A DNA stretch of 64,000 nucleotides. It comes from Octopus vulgaris (lineage: Eukaryota). The stretch is taken from contig OX597822.1 of assembly GCA_951406725.2 (NCBI GenBank), forward strand, positions 36,580,001-36,644,000, read 5' to 3'. Below the pieces are notes generated by a model. It worked only from the letters and a program-made list of their open reading frames with translations, was not told the origin of the DNA and did not search any database. Positions 39,781-52,169 of the stretch are shown one piece after another (position 1 is the stretch's first letter; each line of letters begins with the position of its first letter). Made by a program: the position numbers and the translations under genes.

Positions 39781-39977
39781 TGTGGCATTTGGAAAAAAAT
39801 TATCTGTTGTTTCCAAGTGTGGATATTAGTAAAAATATTTATGATATATTATTTTGGGTTTATTCAAGAGATTATAAAAATGTGTGCATATACATGTATG
39901 TAAGAATACACAAATTTCTAAATCACTTTAATCCTCCAGCATGATTGCACCTATGTATGTTTATGTATATGTGTGTA

Positions 39978-40362
39978 CTAGCAGTATCGCCCGGCGTTGC
40001 TCAGGTTTGTAAGGGAAATAACTATAAAGCATTTTTAGAGAGTTATAGCCAAAAAATAGCAAAAAAATGGAAAAAAAATGATGGTAAATTTTTTTTTGAG
40101 AGTAAAAAAAGGTTGAGTTGCGTCCCCTAGACAGTCTGTGGTTTGTTTTTTTTTATTCTCGACCCCATATCGAATTTATCGATTTTTTTCAGAACTGGGG
40201 GAACTTTTCAAAATTTTCGCTGCGTTAGTTTTGAATTATGACATTGGGCTATGTGTGTGTCAAGTTTCATCAGAATCGGTTGAAAGCCGTGGTCAGAGTG
40301 AGGGTACAAGCAAACAGACACACAGAAACACGCACAGACAAACTGCCGTTTATATAGAGAGA
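39978..40362 (-). mobile_element. Non-autonomous Helitron (385 bp, young)
   Basis: Minus strand A|TCTCTCTATATAAACGGCAG ... CCTGAGCAACGCCGGG-CGATACTG-CTAG|T; CpG-rich; internal AAGTTTCATCAGAATCGGTT motif. Confidence 0.85.
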
Positions 40363-40539
40363 TATATACTCACATGTTAGAAATTCTTTTGTAGGTATTT
40401 CAGTTGAAAGTTGGAGGAGTTTCTACAGTATTTGTTAGTGGAAAGTTGTAATGTTAGTGTTTGTATGTATTAAGGGGATAGTTTGTGCTGATGGCAGGTA
40501 AGGGAGAGATATTGTCAAGTTTAGTCTTTAGAAGAAAAC

Positions 40540-41200
40540 TATTGGTTTGAAATGTTTTACCATTTTCTAGATTTTGTGTTTGCTGGAGTCTTAGATCAGA
40601 ATTTGATTCCTAAATGTGAGAATGTGGTAGGATTCATTGGTACAAAGCTAACAGGGTTTCTTGTTACATTGGTATGGCTGTGCGTATCATAATATCTTCC
40701 ATTTAATGTGAATTGGAATATTTTTTTTATTTTAATGTTCATATATTATTTGGATAACGAGGTGTCATTTTTCCTATTTGGGTTGCAAAGTGAATGTATG
40801 TTGGTTGTATCGTGTCTTGAACAGGTTTGCTGCTGAGCCTGTATATATGTGAATGTAGTAGCTGATGTAGTGTTGTGGTTATAGATAATATTACTTGTGA
40901 CACAATTTCCTTTCAGAGGGTAAGATGGAGAAGTGCTGATATTGCAATTGTTGCTGTTGTGCATTTAGTTTTGGTTTCTACCTTTAGAAAGTTTTAGGTG
41001 GCTACAGTTTTTTTGTTTTTTTTTTCTATTTTGAAGACATAAGCTGTGGGATTTAATTTAACGTTGTATTGGTTTATTACTTTGTGGTACTTGTGGTTGG
41101 GTTGGAAATGTTTTTGGAGTATTCTGAAACATGATTTGGTTAATGATGTGGAGACTTGTATGTTGAAATGGGGTACCGAGTTTTCCTTTTTCTTCCTTTT
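40540..41200 (-). mobile_element. Penelope-like element, degraded GIY-YIG endonuclease region
   Basis: Minus translation CNISTSPSYPLKGNCVTSNIIY...TYI, NPNRKNDTSLSK, IPIHIKWKIL*YAQPYQCNKKPC*LCTNESYHIL fits the PLE pattern CxC..CPLxGxC..IVY..YIG..TxLSK..KWxIL..CxLC..E. Confidence 0.7.
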
Positions 41201-42769
41201 ATATATATTTTTTATTTATTGTGTGTTGTGATGTTGTTTATATATATTGTATATTCTTATATATTCTTTTGTGAACCCTTGAAAACCCCATAACCTAAAA
41301 CTGATACACCTAATTACAAAGTTTTACTTGCTGGACTGAATGGTGAACAATAATCTCCATATTCTCAAAAGAAACAGGTTGAATCTTTTTTTCTTTTTGC
41401 AAACTTTTTTTTTTGTTTTAATGAAAATGGCTGAATTCAGAGGGATGTTCCTCTGGTAGGCTTTTGCTTTTCTCCCAACAGTTTTTTTTTTTTAATGACT
41501 AGCTTGCCTTGAATTTCATTGTTACATCTGCTTGGAACTGCAGATGATAGTATCACTTTTGAGCCCCTCCTAATTTGGCATATTATAGAAACACATTCAC
41601 AATGCTCGTATCATTATATCCCAAACCAGGTTTGGGATATAATAACACTTATTATCTAGTCTACTAATTGTCTAATAAGTCATTATTTAATAACTCATCA
41701 TTTGATTCATCTGATGTATGACTGTTATCGTTGCAAGTTCATATATGGTGTGCCATTTTCATTCATAGGATGTTAACAAAAGTGTTAAGGAGTTTCAAAA
41801 GCATACTAACCTACAGAAACCTAACCCATAAAATACTTCTGTTTCCATGTTGCCACTCTGAAACTGTTATATATATATATATATATATGTTCACATTTTG
41901 TTTGTTTTTGTCTCTCTCCCTTTTGTTCTTTCACTATTCATCTCATCTTGATCCACAAGGCCTTATTCTATATTATTTTGTTTGAATAATATATATTCAT
42001 TTCATTGTGTTTGTATGTTCACATTCTGTTGTGTTTGTTTTCTTCACTGTCCCTTGTTTGTTCGCTATTTCCCAAAGGCTTCTCATTACTAGCATCACCA
42101 AAGGTGAACAATATTATTGTTAAAGGCATGAAATTGTTATGCTCCTTTGGACGATAACTGATGAGGATTGAGCAACATTCTATGTGTGTATTTTCAATTT
42201 GTTTCGCCTCTCCGTAATTTTTGGAACATATTATTTAATGTAACATCATACATGTTGTTATGTTTTACCCATTCGGTATATGTGTGTGTGTGTGTTGTAG
42301 GTCAAAATAGGAGAGTGAAAAGACTTTTGGTATTATTTATCCACCATTACACATGTTTCATTTGCTATTAGGAGTTACAAAATTATACGTGTGAGAGAAA
42401 TATTAAGACAGCTCCTATTAGAAATTCTCCAGAGAATCAAATATGAAATTTACATTTGGATCAAGTGTTTACATATAGTTAGTAATTAGGAGTCTTTTAG
42501 ATAGTTTGAGGAGACACAGCTTAGATTTTAATGTTATCTACATAATATATATCTTGTAGTATAACAGTGCAAATTATGAAAAATTAATAATACAGACAGA
42601 TGATTTGTATTATTGCCTGGTCTATCAATATTTCAGTTTTAATACTAACCATCACCTATATTATTAATTTTTTATAACTTGCATTGTTTTGGTTTTAAAA
42701 ATATTTGAAATGACTTCAAAGTTGTTCAACATCTTGTACCTTATTCAAGCCTGTATTCTCAGTATTGAG

Positions 42770-43620
42770 TCATCCCATCATTACTACAATGAAAGCTTGT
42801 TAAATGTGGAGAATGTGTGGGAGAGGGAGTTTTGCCAGCATAGACCCAATGGAAGGACCAGCCATTCTAAGAGCCTGCAGTATGATGGATAAAGCAATTA
42901 AGAATATGAAGGCAGGGGAAGCCACTGAACCACCAAGAATTACTGCTGAGATGCTTAAAGTATTGCATGGAATAGGATACAAACTAGTTGCTTGTATAGT
43001 CAATCATGCTGCACAGGAAGGTGTCATACACAATGACTGGTATAATAACATTATAGTTAGCTGTTACAAGAGTAAAAGAAGCATTTTAGGGAGAAGTAAT
43101 TATAGAGGTATCAAAATGCTTAATTAGGTGATGAAAATTCTGGAAAGAGGTATGGTTTAATAGATTAGGAAGACTTAGCCTTGATGAAATTTAGTTATGT
43201 TTTATATCACAGAAAAACACTGCTGATGCCATCTTCAAGTGGCAGGAGAAATACTTAGCTACAAGTTAGCTACTGTAGCCAGCATTTATCAATCTGGAGA
43301 AAGTCTTTGACAGAGCTCTTTCTTTGGTGATTTGAGGGTTGCAGAAAAGAAGCTAGGATTAGGTGAATGGCTTGTGAGAAGCATACAAGCCATGTGCAGA
43401 GGTGTTGTCAGCAATGGATTTAGTGTGCAGATAAAAGTCCACCAGGACTCTGTTCGCATTTCCCTTTTAATCATCTTAGCCCACCATGCCATAACAGATA
43501 AGTTCACTACTGGATGTCTTTGGTAACACTGAAATCCAAGTGACCTCAGTTTTATAAGTAAATCAGTTGTAAGATAAGAGAAGAAATTCCAGGCATGTAA
43601 ACAAAACCTAGGATTAACTT
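42770..43620 (+). mobile_element. Degraded RTE LINE RT fragment
   Basis: IKNMKAGEA...ITAEMLK, CYKSKRSILGRSNYRGIKML, AFINLEKVFDR, LGLGEWLVRSIQAM, KVHQDS. Confidence 0.85.
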
Positions 43621-43945
43621 GTTGGGATTTTCTGTTACATCTCCCTTGCCTCCTCAACTCATAAAGCCACTGGCGTATAGTTGGGGGCTTCATCTTTGTA
43701 TAGTTTGACCAGGATAAATCAACATATGAAAGCTCAGAGTTCTCTCCAAGCCTACATGAAAAGTTAAACTCTATACTTAAAGTTCATTAATTCTATTGCT
43801 TATATAGATAAATTGGACAGGCTAAATGTTTTGTTTATGGACATAACCTTGTGATATAAACAAGAATTAAACTGTCAACCTCATTGCTGATTATCTGCTA
43901 CTTTTCTGACTTAGCCATTAGTATTCTCATTATTAATATTCTTAA

Positions 43946-44155
43946 GATAGCAGTGAGCTGGCAGAATTGTTTGTATGCCAAGTGGAATGCTTAGTGGCAT
44001 TTTGTCCATCTTCACATTCTGAGTTCAAATTCCACCAAAGTCGACTTTGCCTTTTATCCTTTCAGGGCTAATAAAATAAGTATCAGTTGAGTACTGGCAT
44101 TGATGTAATCGACTTACCCCTCCCCTGAACTTGCTAGCCTTGAGCCATTTGAAAC
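43946..44155 (+). mobile_element. SINE family M with alternative tail, ~18-bp TSD
   Basis: Same head and centre; tail ...CTTGCTAGCCTTGAGCCATTTGAAAC; CATTATTAATATTCTTAA at 43928-43945 and 44156-44173. Confidence 0.8.
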
Positions 44156-44385
44156 CATTATTAATATTCTTAATACAAAGTTGAATTTTTAAAAATTTGA
44201 TTAAAAAACGGCCCTATAAAATGGGTCATCTGCTTGTATCCCAATAGGTGGTAATGGAGAGACATCTGTCTATCAGTCAGTGTAATTCAGAAACCTCAAA
44301 ATGTACTTGTGTTAACCTTGAGGTGAATCTCTCACCAATCACGAGGGAATTATGTACCTGTAGGTAGGCAGTGTTCTAAGGCATT

Positions 44386-44600
44386 ATTCATTGTCAAGTG
44401 GTAGTGGTGGGATAAACACAAAGAAACGCACACACATACACGACAGGCTTCTTTCAGTTTCTGTCTACCATATCTACTCACAAGGCTTTGGTCAGCCTGA
44501 GGGTATAGTAGGAGACACTTGCCCAAGGTGCCATGCAGTGGGTCTGAACCTGGAATCATGTAGCTGGGAAGCAAGTTTCTTAGCACAACAGCCACATCTG
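44386..44600 (-). mobile_element. CORE-type SINE family C (partial)
   Basis: GACACTTGCCCAAGGTGCCATGCAGTGGG...ACAGCCAC. Confidence 0.8.
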
Positions 44601-45014
44601 TCCCTTTATGTTCATTATGTAACAGTTTTGTTTTGGTTGGTGAGTAAATAGTGACATTGTAGGGTAGAGAAGATCCCTTTAGTCATGCTGAGGACAAGTC
44701 AATCTTTCTAGTGTTGGTGCTGTGACAAAATGTATCCAATAAACTCTGTAAAGTGGTTGGCAAACAAACAATTGAATGGAGACAACATAGGATAGAGAGG
44801 ACTCTTTAGTTTCATGTGGTTGGTGTCCAAAAGTGGAGATGTGTGAGAGAGATGTGACTCCCAATCTATCCAGGAGGGCAATAATTTCAAATAAGAATTA
44901 ATTTAGACTCTGACAAACCATCCAACCCATGCCAGTATGGAGAGTAGATGTAAAATGACGATGATGGCCTTATTTTAGCAGTGGTGGTTATATCTAGTGT
45001 ATATTTTTTCTATA

Positions 45015-46018
45015 TTTTACTTGTTTCAGTCATTAGACTGTGGCCATGCTGAGGCATCACCTTGAGGAATTTTAGTTGAACGAATCATCAACATCATGTA
45101 ATGACCATTTCCCATGCTGGCGTGGGTTGGATGATTTGACTGAAAACTGGTTAGCTAGGGAGCAGCACCAGGTTCCAATCTGATTTGGTATGGTTTCTAT
45201 GGCTGAATGCCCTTCCTAATGCCAACCACTCCAAGAGTGTAGTGTGTGCATTTTACGTGCCACTGACGTGACACCAGCACAAGTACCATTGATGTGACAC
45301 CAGCATCAGCTACAACTACAATCTCACTTGGTTTGACAAGTCTTCACAAGCACAGTATATTGCCAAAGGTGTTAGTCACCTGTCACTGCCTCCATGAAAC
45401 CCAATGCTCAAACTGTGCTTTTTATGTACAACTGACACAGGTGCCAGTCAGATGGCACTGGCATCAACCATGACTATGATTTCACTTGACTTGACAGCTC
45501 TTAAGTACAGCATACTGTCCAACATTTGAAGGGTGCTTTTTACATGCCAGTTACATGACACCGGCATCATCTACTATTATGATCTCACTTGGCTTGACAG
45601 TCTTCTCAAACACTGCATATTGCCAAAGGTCTCAGTAACTTGGCATTGCTTCCCTGAGGCCCAGCACTTGAAGATCATGCTTCACCACCTTGTCCCATGT
45701 CATCCTGGGTCACAACCCCAGTACTTATTCCCTTTTTTACCTTTTAAAGCCTGGTGATTATTCTATCAGTCTCTTTTCCTGAACTGCTAAGTTATGGGGA
45801 CATAAACACACCAGCACCACTTGTTAAGAAGTGGTGGGTGACAAACACAGACACACACATATACATATATTTGACAGGTTTCTTTCAATTTCTGTCTACC
45901 AAATCCACTCACAAGGCTTTGGTAGAACACACTTGCCCAAGGTGCCATGCAGTGGGACTAAACCCGGAACCATGTGGTTGGTAAGGAAGCCTCTTACTAC
46001 ACAGCCACACCTGTACCT
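45015..46018 (-). mobile_element. CORE-type SINE family C split by an RTE 3' end (RTE about 45086-45715, minus strand)
   Basis: SINE tail at 45015-45085 and SINE body at 45755-46018 flank an RTE 3' UTR with (ATC)n tail and ORF end (RMTWDKVVKHDLQVLGLREA). Confidence 0.8.
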
Positions 46019-46131
46019 ATAGTGGGAAGAGAAATTTTAGATATAAATAAGGCCCCATTACCACACGTTCTGCCTGATCCTTAAGTGTTTATACTAAAGC
46101 AGTCAAAAACAATACTTTGCCTATTTAAAGT

Positions 46132-46327
46132 TTAACTCTTTTGCTACCTTGTTTAAATATGCAGACTTTGTTTCAATTAATTTTGAAAATAGTGAAGAAT
46201 TTATTAAAACCACTTTGTCATTATTAAGCTGGATGGAAGGTTTTAATTAAGATCCCTTTAAAATAGGAAGTCTGTATCATGGTAACCATTCCTGGTTACC
46301 TTGGTAGATTAGTGTTGAAAGGGTTAA
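46132..46327. mobile_element. piggyBac-like MITE family P2
   Basis: TTAACTCTTTTG ... TTGAAAGGGTTAA; internal similarity to 8375-8591. Confidence 0.6.
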
Positions 46328-47238
46328 TTGTACAAGAATCAGGTTCAATTCCAGAATAAAAGAAAAAGAGAGGAAAAATCAAATGATTATGATGTCATGT
46401 ATTTATGTTTATTTTAGATTTGCTGAGTCAGTATCATAGGCCTTAGTTCTCTAGTTTATCTTATGTTGTCTTGTCTACACTGTTATTACTACTATCACAG
46501 TTACTATCACTGGTGGTGCTAGTAGTAGTAGTAGTAGTAATTGTAGCAGCAGAAACTGCCACAGCAATAGTATGGTAGTACTAGATTTATTTGTATAAAG
46601 TCTTTTTCTAAATTCAACTCGTGAACTTTGCTGAATCTATTTAGAACATATCTCATGGCATAGGACTTAATAAGTACATTGGAACAGTGATTCCAGGAAC
46701 TGGAGTGGGGAGCAGAAAATGATTTGTCATGGATATGACAGATACTTGTAAGAACAAAGAGCAAATGTTCAGCTCGTGATTAAACAAAATAATGACTACA
46801 TAGTTTGATAAGGTGGCTACATGGATAATGGAGTGGGGGAAAGCATGCTACAAGTGGGCTAAAAGAACCCAGATATTTCTTAGTAGCACCAATGCTGCTT
46901 GGCACAACTAGAGGGATCAATACTATCGTAGTTGTTGAAATCATTATCGTCTCCAGTCAACAGCTGATGAAGAGATTGTATCACAATGCAAGCTGTATGT
47001 AAAATATAAAATAGAGTTTTGCTTCTTTGTATTGTTTGTTACCAATTTGTTGGCTGTTTTCCAAACCTTTAGAAACTGATAGAATACCTACTATTAATCA
47101 ATTAATTACCTACATACTCACCATTGTTTTTGAAACTTTAAACTCATTGACCTGTTCATTAAAGTGCCAACCTGACAAACATCTTAAAGATACAAAGGAA
47201 ATAGATAAATTAAATACTTGTTAGTACCATTCTTCAGA

Positions 47239-47334
47239 ATCTAAATAGTAATTAAATTGTTGGTATCCTTCATTATCTAAATAGTAATTAAACTGTTGGT
47301 AACTTTTATAATCTAAATAGTAATTAAAATGTTG
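47239..47334. repeat. 36-bp tandem repeat, about 2.7 copies
   Basis: ATCTAAATAGTAATTAAA(T/C/A)TGTTG at 47239, 47275, 47311. Confidence 0.9.
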
Positions 47335-48044
47335 CTTAGAAATTTTGGTGCTATTGGAACTGTTGGTAATTGATCCAAAGTCTGGAAGCCAACATTCATT
47401 CTGATGTTCTTTCATTTTCTGTCAATCATTGTTGCTTTAGTATTTAAAAAAAAAATTGTTGAGACATGTAAAAGCTGCCTATATTAGTCCATTTCTTCAT
47501 ATAAGCGTTTTAGTCCTTGCTCACTCAAGTAACTTTAGCCACCTGGGGTGTTTGAAACTTTTTTTTTCCATCCAGAGGGCAAAAGCAGTAATGATGTGGC
47601 AGCACCCAACTTTTGAAAAGCACATTGTTGAAATTCTTAGAAGATTAAACTTAAGACAACTACTTTTAACTGTATTATTATTGGTTAAAATTTTAAAATG
47701 TTACATGATTTTTCAGAAGACTACTTGATTTTCCCAACTACTCCTAACCACTGTTATATAATGTGGAGTAGCCATGTATCTCTTCTTTAGCAAGACTTCT
47801 ATACTTGTCCCTCTTTTATACTTTTTTAGCCTTTCAACACCTGACATAACTCTCCCTCTCTCCCACTTAGTAAGAAGAGCTTTTTTATTTTCCTTTTCCC
47901 CCAAATTTTTTAAATTCCTGTCTTGCAAGTTACTCAGCTTCCTCACTCATGCTGTTGCTAAGTAAAAAAAACAAAAAACACTCAGACATATTGTAAAGTG
48001 GTTGGTGCTAGGAAAGGCATCCAGCCATAGAAATGATACCAAAG

Positions 48045-48279
48045 ATAAGGCGGCAAGCTGGCAGAAACGTTAGCACACCAAGCGAAATGCTTAGTGGTAT
48101 TTCTTCTGCCGTTACGTTCTGAGTTCAAATTCCGCCGAGGTCGACTTTGCCTTTCATATTTTCGGGGTCGATAAATTAAGTACCAGTTACGTACTGGGGT
48201 CGATGTAATCGACTTAATTCCTTTGTCTGTCCTTGTGTGTCCCCTCTATGTTTAGCCCCTTGTGGGCAATAAAGAAATA
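48045..48279 (+). mobile_element. SINE family M, full length, 16-bp TSD, nested in an RTE tail (about 47985-48392)
   Basis: TSD AGAAATGATACCAAAG at 48029-48044 and 48280-48295. Confidence 0.92.
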
Positions 48280-48852
48280 AGAAATGATACCAAAGTTGAC
48301 ACTGGATCTCAGTGAAATCCTGCTGTTCAACAGATCCTGTCAAACCATCCAACCCATGCCAGCACATGGAACGTGGAGACTGAATGATGGTCATGTATAT
48401 CAATTATCATTGTCATATATGTCTTTTTTTTCTTCCTTTACTGGATGCAGTTTAATAGAAAACAGAATATAGTGAAATGAATCTCAGTTTACAACTGCTT
48501 CTTATTTCACCTATCCAAGTATGAAAGATAATATCAGGACTGAAATCATTTTGTTTCCTGTCATGGTCAAATACTCATTAGTTTATTGTTACAAGAACAA
48601 CTTAGGACATTACAAGATATTTCCAATTATTTCAGTTTATTGCTTGCCATTATAAGGTTTCAAAAATTCTCTGAGGACAAAATAATTAACATTTACTACC
48701 TTTCTGTCTTGTATTTATTATCCTAGATTACAGGCCAGAAAGGAATTAGCTGATATCATTTTCTTTCGGTAGTTTAGTGCACTAATACAGAGTTCAAGCT
48801 TGAAAACTAATGCTGTATACTAAGTATAAAAAAAATTCACAATCTTCTATGG

Positions 48853-49439
48853 CTGTGGTTCTCAATAGGGGTCCATATAAGATGCTGCTATTAATATTTA
48901 TGTGCAATAAATTGGTTATACTTCTAGAATTCTTTTATTTTTTTTTTACTTGTTTCAGTCATTTGGCTGTGGCTATGCTGGAGCACTGCCTTGAAGAGTT
49001 TTAGTTGAATGAATCAACCCTGTGACTGTTTTTAGACCTAACCTAGTAGTTGTTCTATTGGTCTCTTTTGCTAAACCACTAAATTACAGGGACATAAACA
49101 CACCAATACCAGTTGTCAAGCAGTGATGGGAGGAAAGACAGACATCACACACACACGTGTGCGCATATATCTGACATACCAAATTCACTCACAAGGCTTT
49201 AGTCAGCCTGAGGTTATAGTAGAAGACATTTGCCCAAAGGGCCATGCAGTGGGATTGAACCCGGAACCATGTGGTTGGAAAGCAAGTTCCTTACAACACA
49301 GTCACACTTACATAAATTATTTTAATTTTTTTTAATACAATTCTCAGTAATATCTAATTATAAACATATTCAAGGATTATAGGTAGATAAAAATATGAAT
49401 CAAAGGGGTCCATAGGTAAAAAATGGTTCAGAACCACTA
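48853..49439. mobile_element. hAT-like MITE interrupted by a family C SINE (about 48941-49310, minus strand)
   Basis: Termini CTGTGGTTCTCAA / TTCAGAACCACTA resemble hAT (Charlie-type) CAGTGGTTCTCAA; GGGGTCCATA lies near both ends; TSD degenerate. Confidence 0.55.
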
Positions 49440-50002
49440 CTCTGTTGGGGGTAAACTAGCTCAGTATTTTTCTTAACACTTGCTGTGAAACTATTTTTTT
49501 CTCACCATTCACCACAAATATTCCCCATTAGAGTTCATGTTTATTGAAGCGGTTTAATATATTAAATCAGACTTAGAGTAAAATACTAAATATACTAAAA
49601 AAAAAAAAAGAGAAAAGAAAATATACTGAAAAATTAACACCACAACATATTCTATTTCCAGTAGATGAGACACTGTATAGAATTGTCTGGAATTGGACAA
49701 AATAAAGGCAGCCAGCCAAGTAACTAGTATTATAGTATACAATAAAATTCATACCAAAATAACTTAGCCAAGACTTTTAGCTGTCCTGTGTACATCCTAT
49801 AAACCTACATGCTTCCTTTATACACACACACAAATGAGACAGTAAAAATATGCAAGTCTTTTCTCAAGTTGAATATGGATTTTTATTGTTATCTACATTC
49901 CAGAGACGAAGCTTTGTATCTTTGTTAGAAACCATTTCTTTCTGTATAGAAAGACTCCATATAATTAAAAATAGAAAACATGCATACACACACACATTAT
50001 AT

Positions 50003-50760
50003 ATCATCATCATTTGTTTAATGTTCATTTTCCATGCTGGCATGGATTGGACGGTTTGACATGAGTTGACCAACTGGGGAGCTGTCCAGACCCCAGTTGT
50101 CTGTTTTGGCATGGTTTCTATGACTGGATGCCTTTCCTAATGCCAACCATTTTACAGAGTGTGCTTTGTGCATTTTACATGCCACCAGCACAGGTGCGTT
50201 TACAGAGCACTGGCAGGAATGCATTTTACGCTACACCTGTGCTTGTAAAGGACAAGCTTGTATGTATGGATGACTTCAATTTTACTTAGCTTGACACATC
50301 TTCTGAAGCACAGCAAATTGCCACAACTCCCGGTCCCACATCTTCATGAGTTTACTCATTTCAATAGATTCACTCCACAATCAGAGATCTGCATTTCTTT
50401 AAGCAGCTGTCCTCATCTATATGCATCACATGACCAAACCAGTACAGTCTTCTCTCTTGCACACAACATCTGATGCCTCTTTATACCCAGTTTTCCTCTG
50501 AAATCATTTACACTCTGTTGTGCATGCACACTTGTACTACCCATCCAGTGGAGCATGCCAGCTTCATTTCTTCCAAGCCTTCACAAGTCCTCTGTAGTCA
50601 GATCCCATGTTTCACTGCCATGTAACATAGCTGTTCCTACACAGGCATCATACAACCTGCCTTTCACTCTGAGGGAGAGCCCCTTAGTTACCAACAGAGG
50701 TTGAAGTTCTCTATGCTTTGCACAGCCCTTTCTTATTCTAACAACTATGCTTTCAATATC
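50003..50760 (-). mobile_element. RTE LINE 3' portion with internal deletion
   Basis: (ATC)n tail and 3' UTR; minus translation LLVTKGLSLRVKGRLYDACVGTAMLHGSETW. Confidence 0.85.
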
Positions 50761-51507
50761 TATTTGCGCTACTTTACTTGTTGCAAGATCAGTGACTGAT
50801 TGTCACTTGGTTTTCTATATATTGTGAGCTGGAGTGAATTACTGCTATCTCTAGTGGATTGGTGTTCCCCCACGTAAGGTCTGGTGATTCTGTTGTCTGC
50901 TAGAGGATGATAGGGATTCACTTTCATGCTTGCTATATATATCAAGTGCAGATTGCATTGATAACCAACTGGAGGAGAATCCTCCCATGGTTAAAAACAG
51001 TAGTAACACCGATTCCTATGGAATGACCATATTGATATGGTGATAAACATTACTTCCCAGTATAGTTACTACTTTCATCTCTTATAGAGATTTTCGAAAT
51101 AGCTACTTCGCTTGTAGAAAAAATTTTCAATTTTCCATTTGTGAAAATGTCTAGATGTTCACTCTAGGGAGCATTTCTAAGAGGTGAATGTTTGATTTGT
51201 TGTTTATGTACTCTAACCCAGCATATTAATTTTGATCTCCTTTGGCCAATATAATTCTCATTGCATCGTGGGCATGTGATGCAATTAATGAGATTTTTTT
51301 GTTTTGTAATTCATATTTGCATTAACTTTCAGTTCCTTCCTGTTTTTAACCACAGTTAGGTGCAGATGTGGCTGTGTGGTTAAGAAGCTGACCAATGCCT
51401 TGTGAGTGAATCAGGTTGATGGAAACTGTGGAAGCCTGTTGTATCAGAACAAAATCTTTATGATCAGATGTAGAATATATCTGGATATAGTTTTTCTATT
51501 TCCCTTT

Positions 51508-51591
<84 letters not shown>

Positions 51592-51598
51592 AATATAT

Positions 51599-51818
51599 GG
51601 CGGCGAGCTGGCAGATTCGTTAGCACACCAGGCGAAATGCGTAGCTGTATTTCTTCTGCTGTTACGTTCTGGGTTCAAATTCCGCCGAGGTCAACTTTGC
51701 CTTTTATCCTTTCGGGGTCGATAAATTAAGTGCCAGTTACGCACTGGGATCGATGTAATCTACTTAATCCCCTTGTCTGTCCCCTCTATGTTTAGCCCCT
51801 TGTGGACAATAAAGAAAT
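51599..51818 (+). mobile_element. SINE family M
   Basis: GGCGGCGAGCTGGCAG...AATAAAGAAATA within a TA microsatellite, after a (TC)n(TA)n compound repeat. Confidence 0.9.
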
Positions 51819-51849
51819 ATATATATATATTCACTATTAAATTATAGAA

Positions 51850-52070
51850 AAGGATGGTGAGGTGGTAGAATCGTTTGCGCACAAGGTAAACTGCTTAGCA
51901 GCATTTCATTCATCATTACGTTCTGAACTCAAATGTCACTGAGGTCAACTTTGCCTTTCATCCATTTCAAATACTAAAATTAGTACCAGTTGAGCAATGG
52001 GGCCGATTTAATTGACTTACTCTCTCACCCGAGCTTGCTGGCCTTGTGCCAAAATTTGAAACCATTATTA
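51850..52070 (+). mobile_element. SINE family M, older copy with alternative tail
   Basis: Degenerate head; tail CTTGCTGGCCTTGTGCCAAAATTTGAAACCATTATT. Confidence 0.75.
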
Positions 52071-52169
52071 ATTTGTAGAAAATAATGGCTTGAACACAAA
52101 AAGAGAAAAGTTATATTTGTAAGACATTAGTTATTTGATAATTAGGAAATCATTGGGAATTTGCTCAGT

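Noticed and set aside
47239-47334. CRISPR-like repeat-spacer array
   Set aside because: Eukaryotic context, only three units, ~12-bp variable parts and no cas genes; it is a tandem repeat
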